A stretch of 64,000 nucleotides of DNA from positions 20,392 through 84,391 of the forward strand of contig NCEA01000012.1 in assembly GCA_002280515.1 (NCBI GenBank), read 5' to 3'. This DNA is from Rhodobacterales bacterium 32-67-9. Lineage in GTDB: Bacteria > Pseudomonadota > Alphaproteobacteria > Rhodobacterales > Rhodobacteraceae. The notes under the pieces are model-generated. The model did no database searches and had not been told where the DNA came from. It saw only the letters and a list, made by a program, of their open reading frames with translations. The position numbers and the translations under genes were made by a program. Shown piece by piece: positions 48,470-59,791 of this stretch. The stretch's first letter is position 1, and every line of letters starts with the position of its first letter.

Positions 48470-49074
48470 CCTCGCGGCTCGGTTACTTTCATGCTGTCGC
48501 GTTCAGAGAATGCAGCGTGCCAGGCGGCAAGTTTCGGGTGGCCGGCGCGCCAGTCACGGACCTGATGGCGGAAGTCCAGATAGGAGAGCGCGCAGGCCAC
48601 CGCAATCTGGCCCATGTCGAGAGGTCCGTTCAGATGGTCGATCCATCGCCCTTCGAGCGCGTCGAGCGCGCGGGCGACCTTCGCCCACTGGCCCTCCACC
48701 CAAGGCCCGAATCGGATGTCCTCGGGCCGCAGGCGGGTTTCGTAGACCATGAGGAGAGCCGCTTCGAGAATGCCGTCCGCCGTCGCCTCAAGCGTCAGGG
48801 TCCGCCACAGGTCCGGTGCCGGCGGATAGAGCGCTCCGCCAGCCCGCGCATCAAGGTAGCGGCAGATGACGCGGCTGTCGTAAAGCGCGGTACCGTCACC
48901 GAGGTCGAGCGCCGGGATCTTGCCAAGCGGGTTCTTGTCAAGCGGCTGGGAGCCGGGATCGAGCGGCGTGCCGCCGGACAAGACGACCTCCACATCGCCG
49001 GCCTGGCCGGTTTCCAGAAGCAGCACCATGACCTTGCGCCCGTAAGGCGTTGTCGGCGAGTGGTAGAGACGCAT
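48466..49074 (-). CDS. Glutathione S-transferase family protein
   Basis: MRLYHSPTTPYGRKVMVLLLETG...NPLGKIPAL is a GST N-domain. I place the start at ATG 49074. Confidence 0.85.
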   Translation of the reverse strand: MRLYHSPTTPYGRKVMVLLLETGQAGDVEVVLSGGTPLDPGSQPLDKNPLGKIPALDLGDGTALYDSRVICRYLDARAGGALYPPAPDLWRTLTLEATADGILEAALLMVYETRLRPEDIRFGPWVEGQWAKVARALDALEGRWIDHLNGPLDMGQIAVACALSYLDFRHQVRDWRAGHPKLAAWHAAFSERDSMKVTEPRG

Positions 49075-49084
49075 GGGAAACCTT

Positions 49085-49375
49085 TCAGACCTTGCGGATG
49101 CGGATGCGGGCAAGGGCGGCGGCGTCGATCTCGACCCCGCTCTTGCCCCAGCGGATCACCCGGCGAAAGCGGGCGGCAGCGTTGGTCTGGCCCCGGTCGG
49201 CGGGGCGGTGAACGGCCAGCCCTTCGTCCACGCGGTCCATCGCATCCTCGGCGCGCTGATCGGTGCGGCCCTTGCGGAGCGCGCGTTTCACGCCGTAGGC
49301 GGCGATGGCAATTGCGCCGTAACGGATGCCGTAGCGCAGGGCGACGCCGGCAATCGGGGCAAGGGGAACCGGCAT
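49085..49375 (-). CDS. Hypothetical small protein (96 aa, N-terminal hydrophobic segment)
   Basis: A strong SD AAGGAGGG lies 4 nt before ATG 49375. The ORF ends 10 nt upstream of the GST start. No recognised family. Confidence 0.55.
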   Translation of the reverse strand: MPVPLAPIAGVALRYGIRYGAIAIAAYGVKRALRKGRTDQRAEDAMDRVDEGLAVHRPADRGQTNAAARFRRVIRWGKSGVEIDAAALARIRIRKV

Positions 49376-49558
49376 TGGACCCTCCTTCGTTGCTTCGGGG
49401 ATCGGTTCTGCCCGATGCTAGGTGCCGGTCCGGATGCTGTCCATTCAAGATTGGTTATTATCCGGCGCCGCCGGTCACCGGGGCACGTTCGCGTACTGCG
49501 GAATCCGGAGTGCGCGGGCCGCGCCCCAGTCCTCGCCTCGCGTCCGACGCCTGCGCGC

Positions 49559-50191
49559 TCAGGCGGGCGTGTCCTCGGCCGAGCGGCGCATCAGGTCGGC
49601 AAGTGCAGCGATTTCGCTGCCGATCCCGGCCGCCGCCATCCCGTCCGCCGCGCCGAGGCGGGCGGCGCCGGGCTTGTTCTGGCCAAGCTTCCAGGTGCCG
49701 TCCACCGTGGCGATGTCGAACCGGCAGGGCAGGATCATCCGCATCAGCCGGTCGAGCGCCTCTGCCGGCATCTTCTCCACCCGCCAGGGGGCCTTGGGCA
49801 GAAGCCGGCTTTCGAATTCCGCCGAGAGCCGGTCGAGCTGGCCGCGCATCTCGTCCGGCGACAGCGCGGTGAGCGTGCCACGCAGATGGGCGGCGACGTA
49901 GTTCCAGGTCGGAACCTGATCCTCCATCCCGTACCAGTCGGGCGAGATGTAGCCGTCCGGCCCGGTCACGGCGAGAAGTGCCGCCTGCGGGGTCGCGAGC
50001 GCACGGGCGATCGGGTTGGACCGGACGAGGTGAAGTTCCAGCGACGTGTGGTCGGGGCGGACAACAAAGGGGATATGCGAGGCGAGCGGCCCGTCGGGTC
50101 CGTTGACAGTCAGTGTGCCGAAGCCACGGTCGCGGGCAAAGGCAAGGATCGTGTCCGTCGGTATCTGCCGGTACGCGGGGTTCGGGTGCAT
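49559..50191 (-). CDS. FMN-binding negative transcriptional regulator, PaiB family
   Basis: MHPNPAYRQIPTDTILAFARDRGFGTLTV...HLVRSNP...WKLGQNK is the PaiB/pyridoxamine-phosphate-oxidase-like pattern. The track's longer ORF runs into the FMN riboswitch and is rejected. Confidence 0.8.
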   Translation of the reverse strand: MHPNPAYRQIPTDTILAFARDRGFGTLTVNGPDGPLASHIPFVVRPDHTSLELHLVRSNPIARALATPQAALLAVTGPDGYISPDWYGMEDQVPTWNYVAAHLRGTLTALSPDEMRGQLDRLSAEFESRLLPKAPWRVEKMPAEALDRLMRMILPCRFDIATVDGTWKLGQNKPGAARLGAADGMAAAGIGSEIAALADLMRRSAEDTPA

Positions 50192-50354
50192 CAGTGGTCT
50201 CCTTGTGCTGTGCTTACTGCCGGACCTGCATCGTCCTGTCACGCGGTCGATTGTGCGGGGCACATTAAATCGAACCGGGGGGGCCTTTGACATCCGGGTG
50301 CGCCGGTTCGATCGCCCCCTTGCTCTCCGCGACGGTCGCTGGCACTCTGTCCGG

Positions 50355-50496
50355 GTTCTCAGGGCGGGGCGGAATTCCCCACCGGCGGTATGGGGGGTGA
50401 CCTCCGAGCCCGCGAGCGCCCCCACACGATGTCCGGGGGGTCAGCAGACCCGGTGCGAGGCCGGGGCCGACGGTTACAGTCCGGATGGAAGAGAAC
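50355..50496 (+). promoter_or_regulatory. FMN riboswitch (RFN element)
   Basis: GTTCTCAGGGCGGGGCGGAATTCCCCACCGGCGGTA...AGCCCGCGAGCG...GTCAGCAGACCCGGTGCGAGGCCGGGGCCGACGGTTACAGTCCGGATGGAAGAGAAC contains the conserved RFN blocks in order, about 80 nt upstream of ribH. Confidence 0.9.
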
Positions 50497-50562
50497 GTGC
50501 ATGGCGGACCCCGGCGAGGGTTCCGTCCTGCCCGTGATCGCCTTGGGTGACGTGTCACTTAG

Positions 50563-51012
<450 letters not shown>

Positions 51013-51032
51013 CCCTCTCTGGACCGGTACGG

Positions 51033-51067
51033 GATGTCCGCAGCAGCGCCGCGCCGCTGCGGACATC
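51033..51067. terminator. Bidirectional hairpin between convergent ribH and the cytochrome c gene
   Basis: GATGTCCGCAGC-N11-GCTGCGGACATC is a perfect 12-bp stem sitting exactly between the two stop codons (51012 and 51071). Confidence 0.6.
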
Positions 51068-51070
51068 AGT

Positions 51071-51478
51071 TCACTGCTGGATCGACTCGAGATACATGGC
51101 CAGCGAAAGCACCCGACCGCGCACTTCGAGAACCGAGCCATAGGGGTTGTCCGCCCCCGGTTCGGACGATGCGAAGGCGCGGCCGAACACTGGCATCGGA
51201 TCGCCGTGGCCCCGCAGTCCGGTGCGGCCATCGATCATGTGGATCACCTTCAACATCGGAAACTCACCGTCGTTGTTCGACGCCAGCAGGGTGAGGTTCG
51301 GCGCCGGGATGGTCAGCAGGTTGGCCATGTCGCCGTCGCCCTTGCCGGTCGTGCCGTGGCAGGCGGCGCAGTAATCGGAAAAAAGTTGCGCACCGATATC
51401 GGCGTCTTGCGCGATTGCGGATCCGGCAAGCAGAAAGCCGAACGCCGTGCAAGCAAACAGAGTCGTGATAGCTTTCAT
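51071..51478 (-). CDS. Periplasmic c-type cytochrome (monoheme)
   Basis: GGAGGA lies before ATG 51478. The signal peptide is MKAITTLFACTAFGFLLAGSAIA and the heme site is CAACHG. Confidence 0.8.
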   Translation of the reverse strand: MKAITTLFACTAFGFLLAGSAIAQDADIGAQLFSDYCAACHGTTGKGDGDMANLLTIPAPNLTLLASNNDGEFPMLKVIHMIDGRTGLRGHGDPMPVFGRAFASSEPGADNPYGSVLEVRGRVLSLAMYLESIQQ

Positions 51479-51568
51479 ATTTTCCTCCACCCGGAACATC
51501 ACGTTCCTGTGTGAAGTATAGCTCCGGGCCAATCCTGCGACCTGATCTGGATCATATTGTGCGGGCCA

Positions 51569-52822
51569 TCACGCAAGAAGCGCACGGTCGCCGGCGCCGG
51601 TGATTCGGGCCGCGACTACGGCGCCCACGGGCTGGTCCGCCGCGAAGGCCACTTCGGTGAACTGCTCGGTCCGGCCCATGCGCGGGCCTTCGGTGAGGAT
51701 GCGGTGGGTAACGCCCCGCTGCGCCGCAAGGTGCCGCGCGAGTGCCGCGTCGCCTTGGGCGCGCAACCGTGCTGCGCGGTCGCGGATCGCCGGGCCTTTC
51801 ACCTGCGGCATTCGCGCGGCGGGGGTGCCGTCGCGGCGCGAGTAGGGGAAGACGTGGAGGAAGGTCAGCCCGCAATCCTCGACAAGCTTCAGCGAGTTGT
51901 CGAACATCGCCTCGGTCTCGGTCGGGAAGCCGGCGATGATGTCGGCGCCGAAAACGATGTCGGGGCGAAGCCGCCGCGCCTCTTCGCAGAAGCGGATGGC
52001 GTCGTCGCGCAGGTGCCGGCGCTTCATCCGCTTGAGGATCAGGTCGTCGCCATGCTGGAGCGAAAGGTGCAGATGCGGCATCAGGCGCGGCTCGGTCGCG
52101 ATGGCCTGCATGAGGCGTTCATCCGCCTCGATCGAGTCGATGGAGGAAATCCGCAGGCGCGCAAGGTCGGGCACGAGGCGCAGGATGCGCATCACCAGAT
52201 CGCCAAGGCGCGGCCCACCCGGCAGATCGGCACCCCAGGAGGTCAGGTCGACACCGGTCAGCACGACTTCGAGGAAGCCCTTGTCGACCAGCCGCTTGAT
52301 CTGGTCGACGACGACACCCGCCGGAACCGACCGCGAATTGCCGCGCCCGTAGGGGATGATGCAGAAGGTGCAGCGGTGGTCGCAGCCGTTCTGAACCTGC
52401 ACATAGGCTCTGTGCCGGCCGAAACCGTCGATCAGGTGCCCGGCCGTCTCGGTCACCGACATGATGTCGTCGACCATGATCTTCTCGGTCTTGCCGATCA
52501 GGTCGGGGGCCGTGAGCGCGGTCCAGGTGGCGGCCTGCATCTTCTCGGTATTGCCGATGACGCGGGTGACTTCGGGCATGGCGGCGAAGGTTTCGGGTTC
52601 GGTCTGCGCGGCGCAGCCGGTGACGATCAGCATCGCCTCGGGATTCTCGCGCCGCAGCTTGCGGATTTCCTGCTTGGCCTTGCGCACGGCTTCGGCGGTG
52701 ACGGCGCAGGTGTTGACGATCACCGCGTCCCCGATCCCGGCCGTCGCGGCCAGTTCCTTCATCGCCTCCGTCTCATAGGCGTTGAGACGGCAGCCGAGGG
52801 TGGAGAAGACCGGCGCGCTCAT
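51569..52822 (-). CDS. mtaB: tRNA methylthiotransferase, MiaB-like MtaB
   Basis: [24 protein letters not shown] and the radical-SAM [11 protein letters not shown] motif, with a TRAM-like C-terminus. ATG 52822 is adjacent to the dapF stop. Confidence 0.85.
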   Translation of the reverse strand: MSAPVFSTLGCRLNAYETEAMKELAATAGIGDAVIVNTCAVTAEAVRKAKQEIRKLRRENPEAMLIVTGCAAQTEPETFAAMPEVTRVIGNTEKMQAATWTALTAPDLIGKTEKIMVDDIMSVTETAGHLIDGFGRHRAYVQVQNGCDHRCTFCIIPYGRGNSRSVPAGVVVDQIKRLVDKGFLEVVLTGVDLTSWGADLPGGPRLGDLVMRILRLVPDLARLRISSIDSIEADERLMQAIATEPRLMPHLHLSLQHGDDLILKRMKRRHLRDDAIRFCEEARRLRPDIVFGADIIAGFPTETEAMFDNSLKLVEDCGLTFLHVFPYSRRDGTPAARMPQVKGPAIRDRAARLRAQGDAALARHLAAQRGVTHRILTEGPRMGRTEQFTEVAFAADQPVGAVVAARITGAGDRALLA

Positions 52823-53658
52823 GCGTACTGGGCGAGGAAGGCCGGCGTCAGGGTGCCGTCGAAGACATGCGCGGTGGGGCCGGTCATCCAGACCCCGTCG
52901 TCGCGCCAGTCGATCTCGAGCGTGCCGCCGTCGAGGTCGAGCGTGACGTGGCGCCCCGTCAGCCCGCGTCGATGGGCGGCGACGGCGGCAGCGCAGGCCC
53001 CGGATCCGCAGGCGAGCGTGATGCCGGCGCCGCGTTCCCAGACCCGCATCCGCAGACGGTCGGGGCCGGACAGGCTCGCGTATTCGACGTTGGTCGCCTT
53101 GGGGAAGAGCGGGTGATGCTCCATCGCCGAACCGGCGGCGGCAAGGTCCACCGCCTCGGCATCGGCGACGAAGAAGACGCAATGCGGATTGCCCATGCCG
53201 ACGGCGGCCGGGTCGCCGTCGATCGGCAGGTGCAGAAGGTCGGCCGGCGCGGCCAGCGGCACTTCTGCCCAGTCGAGGAGCGGCGCCCCCATGTTGACGC
53301 TGACAAGGCCATCGGGACGGCGGATCGCGGCAAGGGTGCCGCGCTCCGTGGTGAAGGTCACGGCGTTTCGTCCGAGACCGGCCATCACGTGATCGGCGAC
53401 ACAGCGCGAGGCATTGCCGCAGGCGCCGGCGCGGCTGCCATCGGAGTTCCAGAAGTCGAGCGCGAAATCGGCGCCTTGCGCATCGCGAATCTCGGCGAGC
53501 TGGTCGAAACCGACGCCCCGGTGCCGGTCGCCGAGTGCCGCGGCCAGCGCGGCGGTGGTCACGGGGCTCCGCCCCCGTGAATCGATGATCACGAAGTCAT
53601 TGCCCGCGCCGTGCATCTTCATGAACGGCAGGCCGGCGGAGGGTCGCGCGTCCTTCAT
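52819..53658 (-). CDS. dapF: Diaminopimelate epimerase
   Basis: [15 protein letters not shown]; the catalytic cysteines lie in GNASRCV and [10 protein letters not shown]. Confidence 0.92.
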   Translation of the reverse strand: MKDARPSAGLPFMKMHGAGNDFVIIDSRGRSPVTTAALAAALGDRHRGVGFDQLAEIRDAQGADFALDFWNSDGSRAGACGNASRCVADHVMAGLGRNAVTFTTERGTLAAIRRPDGLVSVNMGAPLLDWAEVPLAAPADLLHLPIDGDPAAVGMGNPHCVFFVADAEAVDLAAAGSAMEHHPLFPKATNVEYASLSGPDRLRMRVWERGAGITLACGSGACAAAVAAHRRGLTGRHVTLDLDGGTLEIDWRDDGVWMTGPTAHVFDGTLTPAFLAQYA

Positions 53659-53713
53659 GGCCCGCGATATACGCCCGGTCCGGGGATTTTGCCAGTGGCG
53701 CCTGCTTTTACAC

Positions 53714-53742
53714 TTGACCGCCCCGGACGGGGTTCATAAAGA
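53714..53742 (+). promoter_or_regulatory. Putative sigma70-type promoter of tRNA-Lys
   Basis: TTGACC (53714-53719), a 16-17-nt spacer, then ATAAAG/TAAAGA (53736-53742), ending about 14 nt before the tRNA 5' end. Confidence 0.4.
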
Positions 53743-53755
53743 GACGCCCTGTGAT

Positions 53756-53831
53756 GGGCCGGTAGCTCAGTTGGTAGAGCAACTGACTTTTAATCAGTAG
53801 GTCTCGGGTTCGAGCCCCGACCGGCTCACCA
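53756..53831 (+). tRNA. tRNA-Lys (anticodon UUU)
   Basis: GGGCCGGTAGCTCAGTTGGTAGAGCAACTGACTTTTAATCAGTAGGTCTCGGGTTCGAGCCCCGACCGGCTCACCA forms a cloverleaf with anticodon loop CTTTTAA and an encoded CCA. Confidence 0.95.
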
Positions 53832-53946
53832 CTCACTCTCTCCGGATCGCGAATTCAGCCTCAGTGCGGGGACCCTGCGGGCGGTGTTCCGTTTTGCCCC
53901 GGGATCGCCTATATGACTGGACTTCGATCCTACCGAGATACCGCAG

Positions 53947-55143
53947 ATGACCGATGAAAGCCCCAGCGCGCCGATCACCCAGGATGTGGTGACGATCCCC
54001 CGCAAACTGCCGGAAGGCGGGCGGGTGAACCTTGTCGGCCTGACGCGAGATGCCTTGCACGACGCGCTGGTCGGCGCCGGCACCCCGGACCGGCAGGCGA
54101 AGATGCGGGTGGGGCAGATCTGGCAATGGATCTACCACTGGGGTGTGCGCGATTTCGCGGCGATGACCAATCTTTCCAAGGATTACCGCGCGCTTTTGGC
54201 CGAGAAGTTCGAGATCGCGCTGCCAGAGGTCGTGACACGACAGGTGTCGGCCGACGGGACGCGCAAGTACCTTCTGCGGATCGCCGGCGGCCACGAGGTG
54301 GAGACGGTCTACATCCCCGAGGAAAACCGCGGCACGCTCTGCATCTCGTCGCAGGTCGGATGCACTCTGACTTGTTCCTTCTGCCATACCGGCACGCAAA
54401 AGCTGGTGCGCAACCTAACCGCGGCGGAGATCGTCGGCCAGGTCATGCTGGCCCGCGACGACCTTGGCGAATGGCCGGAACCCGGCGCCCCGAAGGACGA
54501 AAGCCGGCTGGTGTCGAACGTCGTCCTGATGGGCATGGGCGAGCCGCTCTACAATTTCGAGAACGTCCGCGACGCGATGAAGATCGTGATGGACGGCGAG
54601 GGGCTGACCCTCTCGCGCCGGCGGATCACGCTCTCGACAAGCGGCGTGGTGCCGGAAATCGCGCGCGCCGCCGAGGAAATCGGCTGCCTTCTGGCCGTAA
54701 GCTTCCACGCCACCACGGACGAGGTGCGCGACCGGCTGGTGCCGATCAACAAGCGCTGGAATATTGAGACGCTTCTGAACACGCTCCGAGACTATCCCCG
54801 GCTCTCGAACTCCGAGCGTATCACCTTCGAATACGTGATGCTGAAGGGCGTGAACGACAGCGACGAGGACGCGAAGCGGCTGGTGAAGCTGATCCGTGGC
54901 ATTCCGGCCAAGATCAACCTCATCCCCTTCAACGAATGGCCCGGCGCGCCCTATGAGCGTTCCGACTGGGAACGGATCGAGGCCTTCGCCGACATCGTCT
55001 ACAAGGCAGGCTATGCCTCGCCGATCCGCACGCCGCGCGGCGAGGATATCATGGCCGCCTGCGGGCAGCTCAAGTCCGCGACCGAACGTGCCCGCAAGAG
55101 CCGCGCCGCGATCGCCGCCGAAGCGGGACTTGCCGAGGGCTGA
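53947..55143 (+). CDS. rlmN: 23S rRNA (adenine2503-C2)/tRNA methyltransferase
   Basis: [26 protein letters not shown] and the radical-SAM [11 protein letters not shown] motif, plus the C-terminal catalytic Cys in MAACGQL. Confidence 0.95.
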   Translation: MTDESPSAPITQDVVTIPRKLPEGGRVNLVGLTRDALHDALVGAGTPDRQAKMRVGQIWQWIYHWGVRDFAAMTNLSKDYRALLAEKFEIALPEVVTRQVSADGTRKYLLRIAGGHEVETVYIPEENRGTLCISSQVGCTLTCSFCHTGTQKLVRNLTAAEIVGQVMLARDDLGEWPEPGAPKDESRLVSNVVLMGMGEPLYNFENVRDAMKIVMDGEGLTLSRRRITLSTSGVVPEIARAAEEIGCLLAVSFHATTDEVRDRLVPINKRWNIETLLNTLRDYPRLSNSERITFEYVMLKGVNDSDEDAKRLVKLIRGIPAKINLIPFNEWPGAPYERSDWERIEAFADIVYKAGYASPIRTPRGEDIMAACGQLKSATERARKSRAAIAAEAGLAEG

Positions 55144-55341
55144 TTCCTTGGGTGCGAAGGGCCGCGCCCGACACTCGGGTGGGCGCTTCGATCCGGCTGT
55201 GCTGCGCGCTTTATGGAGCCATCTGCCTCGGACGGCTTTCCTAAGCCCGACGTTGCAATGCGCCCTCCCGGGGGGAGGGTCGGGCGCGGCCCGGGCTGGT
55301 CGCCCGGGCCAAGCTGGGTGGGGAGTGGAATGCGAAACGAC

Positions 55342-57145
55342 CTATCCGGTCGCGATTCTCGGGCGCCCCTGCGCCGTCACCCGCAGCCGCGCCTCGATGA
55401 ACATTGACTGCCCCTCGACCGCAATCTCGGACATCTCGCGGGTGCAGGTGACGCGAAGCTCCTCGACTCCGGCCCGGCGGGCGCGGTCGGTTGCCTCGGC
55501 GGTCAGTGCCGCCTCGAGCGCGGCGAGCGCCTTGTCGCGGTCGTTGAAGCGGTGCGGTCCGTCCGCGAGATGCGCAGCGAAGAGGCCGGGGCCGGGGCTT
55601 GTCACGATGCCTTCGGCATGCATCGCGATCTGGCCGACCACGGCGCCGATGGCGTTGGCAACGCCGGCGTGTTCCGGCAGGATCATCCGCGCGCCGAGGC
55701 GGTCGCCCACCGCGCCGTAGTAACTGGGCGCCGAGGCGCCAAGGCCGATCACCGGCACGCCTAGACTGGCAGAGATACGGATCACTCCGGAATGCCGGTC
55801 CAGTCCCGCCACCGTCAGCGGGTGGCGGGCGAGCGCTTCGGGCGCCTCTGCCCAGTCGCGACCGTCCTCGGCGAAGGCGGACTCCAGCAGGCAATCGACG
55901 GTCTGCGCGGTCAACTGGTCGATGATCCGCTCTGCCAGCGCCTCCGGCCCGTCAGCGATCCGGTCGCCGCGCCCGTTCCGGCGTCGGGCGAAGAGCGTCA
56001 CGGCCTTGCGCGCCGCCTCGGCGTCCCAGCTGTCGAGGCGACCGAGCACATGGGACGCATCCGAGGGCGTGACGCCCGCGACCATCACCTGCCCGCGCGC
56101 GACGAGCCGCGTCAGTGCCGGCATTTCCAGCCGGGTTCGAACCGCATCGGCAAGCCGCACCGGTCCGTCCAGCAACCGCTCCACCACCACGCCTTCGCGG
56201 CCCTGGAGCCCTTCGGGCGGGGTGCCGCGCCACATCGGCAGGACGAAGCGGCCGTCGTGGTCGCCGGTAGTGTCCTGCGACAGCCAGCTGTCGAGCGCGT
56301 CATGCACCAGTCCCGGCCAGTCGCGCGCGGCGAGTGCAACAGGCACCAGCCGGCGGGGGCCGAGCCTGAGGTCGGCATCAAGTCCCTCGATCAGATGCAC
56401 CTCGCTGTCGCCGCCGAGCCCGGTTGTGCGCATTGCCACCGCCTCGACCATCGTGCGGAAGCCGTCGTAGGACCATCAGGGGTGCCGCGATTCCGAGATG
56501 GGCCATGTGCGCCTCACAGGCCGAGATCAGATGGTCGATCATGCCAATGAGGCGGGCGTTGAGAACCGCCGTCAGCGCCCGGCGCGGGCCGTTCAGACCG
56601 GCCGACAATTCGTGCGAACAGGTGACCGGCCGGTTCGCGGTGCGGCGGATCAGATCGCGGGCGGCGATTTCATGCGCCGGGTTGCGCGTGGCGAAACTTG
56701 CCGCGACGGCAAAGCCGCTGATGCCGGGGCCAAGGTTCGCGATTTCAGTCTCTAACCTTGCCAGATCCAGCGCAGCAACTTCGTTGCCGGCATGGGTGTG
56801 GCCGCCCGGAAGCAGGATCACCGGATCGCCTTTCAGCGCCTCATCAAGGCCGGCGCGGCGCAGCTCGGCCTCTTCGAAGCCGATGAATATGAGCGCGACG
56901 CGGCCGCCCTGACCCTCCACCAGCGCGTTGGTCGCGAGCGTCGTGGAGAGCGACACCATCGCGATGTCCGCCGCCGCCACGCCCGAAGCGGCGATGGCCG
57001 CGTCGATGGCGCCGCCGACGCCGCGCGACAGGTCCGGCCGCGTCGTCAGCGCCTTCGCCGAAGCGACGACGCGGTCCGCGGCCTCGTCGAGGATCACAGC
57101 GTCGGTGTAGGTGCCGCCGGTATCGACGCCCAGAAGATAAGCCAT
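55342..57145 (-). pseudogene. Hydantoinase/oxoprolinase-family (HyuA-like) gene split by an internal deletion plus frameshift
   Basis: The N-part from ATG 57145 (AAGGAA SD) reads MAYLLGVDTGGTYTDAVILDE...HLGIAAPLMV, about 225 aa, then Arg-rich junk. The C-part (track ORF 55342..56451) resumes in another frame as YDGFRTMVEAVAMRTTGLGGDSEVHL... The junction is around 56465-56475. Confidence 0.7.
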
Positions 57146-57156
57146 GCGCGTTTCCT

Positions 57157-58812
57157 TTAGTGCGCGTCCGCGAGGATGCGTTCCGCCCCCAGCCAGCCGA
57201 CCAGAATGCTCGGCGCATTGGTATTGCCGCCGATCAGAGTTGGAAAGACCGAAGCGTCGCAGACCCTGAGGCCGTCCACGCCATGCACCTTGAGATCCGG
57301 GCCGACCACAGATGTCGCCGCGTCGCGTCCCATCCTTGCCGTGCAGGACGGGTGATAGACCGTGCCGGACCGCGCCCGGATGTCGGCGATGAGATCGGCG
57401 TCGCTCTGCACCTCTGGCCCCGGCCGCAACTCCTCGGCGATGAGCGGGCGGATCGGGTCCATAGACGCGATTCGGCGCAGGAACTTCACCGCCGCCAGCA
57501 TCTCCTGCACGTCGTGGTCGGTCGAATAGGCGTTGGCGACGATCCTCGGATGGGCGAAGGGATCGACGCTTTTGAGTGTGATCGCGCCCCGGCTGGTCGG
57601 ACGGCAATTGGAAAGACCGATGGAAAGGCCCGAGAAGGGATCGGGCGTCAGCAGCGGCCGCTCGCCGACGCGCGGGACGAGGGTCGAGAACGCCTGGAAG
57701 TAAAGCTGCATGTTCGGGCGCGGCAGATCGGGCGAAGTGCGGAAGAATCCGCCGCCGTGATTGATCGACTTCGCCAGCGGCCCTTTGCCGGTCAGGAAGT
57801 ATTTCATCCCGACCGCGACCTTGCCCCACCACGGGCGCAGGATGTCGTTGTAGGTCGGCACCTTCATCCGCCAGGTGTAATTCAGCCCCTGATGGTCGTT
57901 GAGGTTCTGCCCGACATGGGCGTTGTCGGCTACGACCCCGATCCCGAGATCCTTCAGATGCGCTGCCGGACCGATCCCGGACAACATCAGAAGCTGCGGC
58001 GAGTTGATCGCGCCACCCGACAGGATCACCTCGGATGATGCTCTGATCTGGCCCAGAACGCCATTCTTCCGGTATTCCACCCCGGCGGCGCGGCGCCCGT
58101 CGAAGATCACCCGAGTCACCTGCGCGTGGGTCATCACCGTGACATTCGCCCGCTTCATCGCCGGGCGCAGGAAGGCGCGCGCGGCGGAGTTGCGTCGGGC
58201 CTTGCGGATCGTCATCTGGTAAATGCCGACACCCTCCTGCACTGCACCGTTGAAGTCGTCATTGCGCTTCAACCCCGCAGCCTCCGTCGAGCGGATGAAG
58301 GTTTCGCAGAGCGGATGCAGATCGCTGCGGTTGGCCGAGATGAAAAGCGGCCCGCCCTTGCCCCGGTACCCGTCTTCGCCCGCCTCGTTGTCCTCGATGG
58401 CACGGTAGGCGGCGCGGACCTTCTCCCAACTCCAATCTGGTCCGGCGACCTCTTCCCAGTCGTCGTAATCGCTCTGATGGCCGCGGATCCAGACCATCGC
58501 GTTGATCGAGCTTGACCCGCCGAGGATCTTTCCCCTTGGCCAGTGGTCGCGGTTGCCGGCAAGCCCGGGATCAGGCTCGGTCTGATAAAGCCAATTGACA
58601 GCGGGATCGTAGAAAAGCTTGCCATAGCCAAGCGGCAGGCGGACATAGAAGCGCCGGTCGCTGCCGCCGGCCTCGATCACCAGCACGCGATGCCGGCCGT
58701 TTGCCGACAACCGTTCGGCCAGCACAGAGCCGGCCGATCCGGCCCCCACGATGATATAGTCGAATTCCGCCCCGTTCACGGCCGCCACCTGTTTCCTACC
58801 CCTCAATTCCAC
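57157..58812 (-). CDS. GMC-family FAD oxidoreductase (choline-dehydrogenase-like)
   Basis: EFDYIIVGAGSAGSVLAERLS, GKILGGSSSINAMVWIRG and the C-terminal HPSCTARMG are GMC signatures. Confidence 0.9.
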   Translation of the reverse strand: MELRGRKQVAAVNGAEFDYIIVGAGSAGSVLAERLSANGRHRVLVIEAGGSDRRFYVRLPLGYGKLFYDPAVNWLYQTEPDPGLAGNRDHWPRGKILGGSSSINAMVWIRGHQSDYDDWEEVAGPDWSWEKVRAAYRAIEDNEAGEDGYRGKGGPLFISANRSDLHPLCETFIRSTEAAGLKRNDDFNGAVQEGVGIYQMTIRKARRNSAARAFLRPAMKRANVTVMTHAQVTRVIFDGRRAAGVEYRKNGVLGQIRASSEVILSGGAINSPQLLMLSGIGPAAHLKDLGIGVVADNAHVGQNLNDHQGLNYTWRMKVPTYNDILRPWWGKVAVGMKYFLTGKGPLAKSINHGGGFFRTSPDLPRPNMQLYFQAFSTLVPRVGERPLLTPDPFSGLSIGLSNCRPTSRGAITLKSVDPFAHPRIVANAYSTDHDVQEMLAAVKFLRRIASMDPIRPLIAEELRPGPEVQSDADLIADIRARSGTVYHPSCTARMGRDAATSVVGPDLKVHGVDGLRVCDASVFPTLIGGNTNAPSILVGWLGAERILADAH

Positions 58813-58863
58813 GGGAAGGGGCCGGATTCCGCCTGATCCGCGACCGATCAGGTCGCAAAGGGA

Positions 58864-59766
58864 CTATTCCAGCCGGGCAGGGAAGCCCGGCGCCCTCAGA
58901 TCGGTGCCGAGCAGGTCCTCCAGGAGCTTCGCGATCATCGGCGACTGCGCCTCGCCACCATAGGCGGCCTTCGCGGCGATATAGGTCTGGTTAGTCATCG
59001 AGGCGAGGTCCAACGGCACGCCGAACTCCTTGCCGAAGCCGAGCGCGAAACCGAGGTCCTTGAGCGCGAGGTCGATCGAAAACGCGATGTCGTAGGAGCC
59101 GTTGAGGATCAGCGCGCCTTCCGTCTCGTGCACGAAGGAATTGCCGGAGGAGGCGGCGATGGCATGCCAGGCCTGCCCGAGGTCGAGTCCGCCGCGCCTG
59201 GCCAGCATCAGCGCCTCGGACGTGGCCTTGAGGTGGATGAAGGCCAGCATGTTGGTGATGACCTTGATGATCGAGGACGACCCGAGCGGCCCCATGTGGA
59301 AGATCCGGTCGCCCATCGCCTCGAACGCCTTCCAATGGAGGTCGACAAGGTCCCTGTCGCCGCCGGGCAGCATGGTGATCTTGCCCTGCGCGGCCAGATG
59401 CACCCCGCCGGTGACCGGCAGTTCCAGCATCCGCACGCCGGCCTCGCCCGCGACCGCCGCCAGCGCCAGCACGTCGTCGCGGCCAAGCGTCGACATCTCG
59501 ATCCACGTCGCGCCGGGCGTCATCACCGGAAGGATCGTGCGCAACACCTTCTCCGACACGGCCGGCGACGGCAGGCAGGTGATTACGTGGTCGACCGATG
59601 CCGCGAGTTCGGCGGCGCTTCTGGCCCAGGTGGCGCCCATCTCGACCAGACGCTCGGCCAGCTTCGGGTCGAGGTCATGGACGGTGACCCTGAACCCTGC
59701 CTTCAGCAGGCACGCAGCGCAATTGGCGCCAAGGTTGCCAAGCCCGATATAGCCGTAATGCATCAC
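58864..59766 (-). CDS. NAD(P)-dependent beta-hydroxyacid dehydrogenase (3-hydroxyisobutyrate dehydrogenase family)
   Basis: YGYIGLGNLGANCAACLLKAGFRVTVHD is the Rossmann motif. 300 aa, typical HIBADH length. Confidence 0.85.
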   Translation of the reverse strand: MMHYGYIGLGNLGANCAACLLKAGFRVTVHDLDPKLAERLVEMGATWARSAAELAASVDHVITCLPSPAVSEKVLRTILPVMTPGATWIEMSTLGRDDVLALAAVAGEAGVRMLELPVTGGVHLAAQGKITMLPGGDRDLVDLHWKAFEAMGDRIFHMGPLGSSSIIKVITNMLAFIHLKATSEALMLARRGGLDLGQAWHAIAASSGNSFVHETEGALILNGSYDIAFSIDLALKDLGFALGFGKEFGVPLDLASMTNQTYIAAKAAYGGEAQSPMIAKLLEDLLGTDLRAPGFPARLE

Positions 59767-59791
59767 GTGCCTCTCCGAAATAGTGTCTGTT

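Noticed and set aside
50191-50355. A second regulatory RNA between paiB and the FMN riboswitch.
   Set aside because: I recognised no conserved riboswitch blocks. The region is most simply the divergent promoter space.
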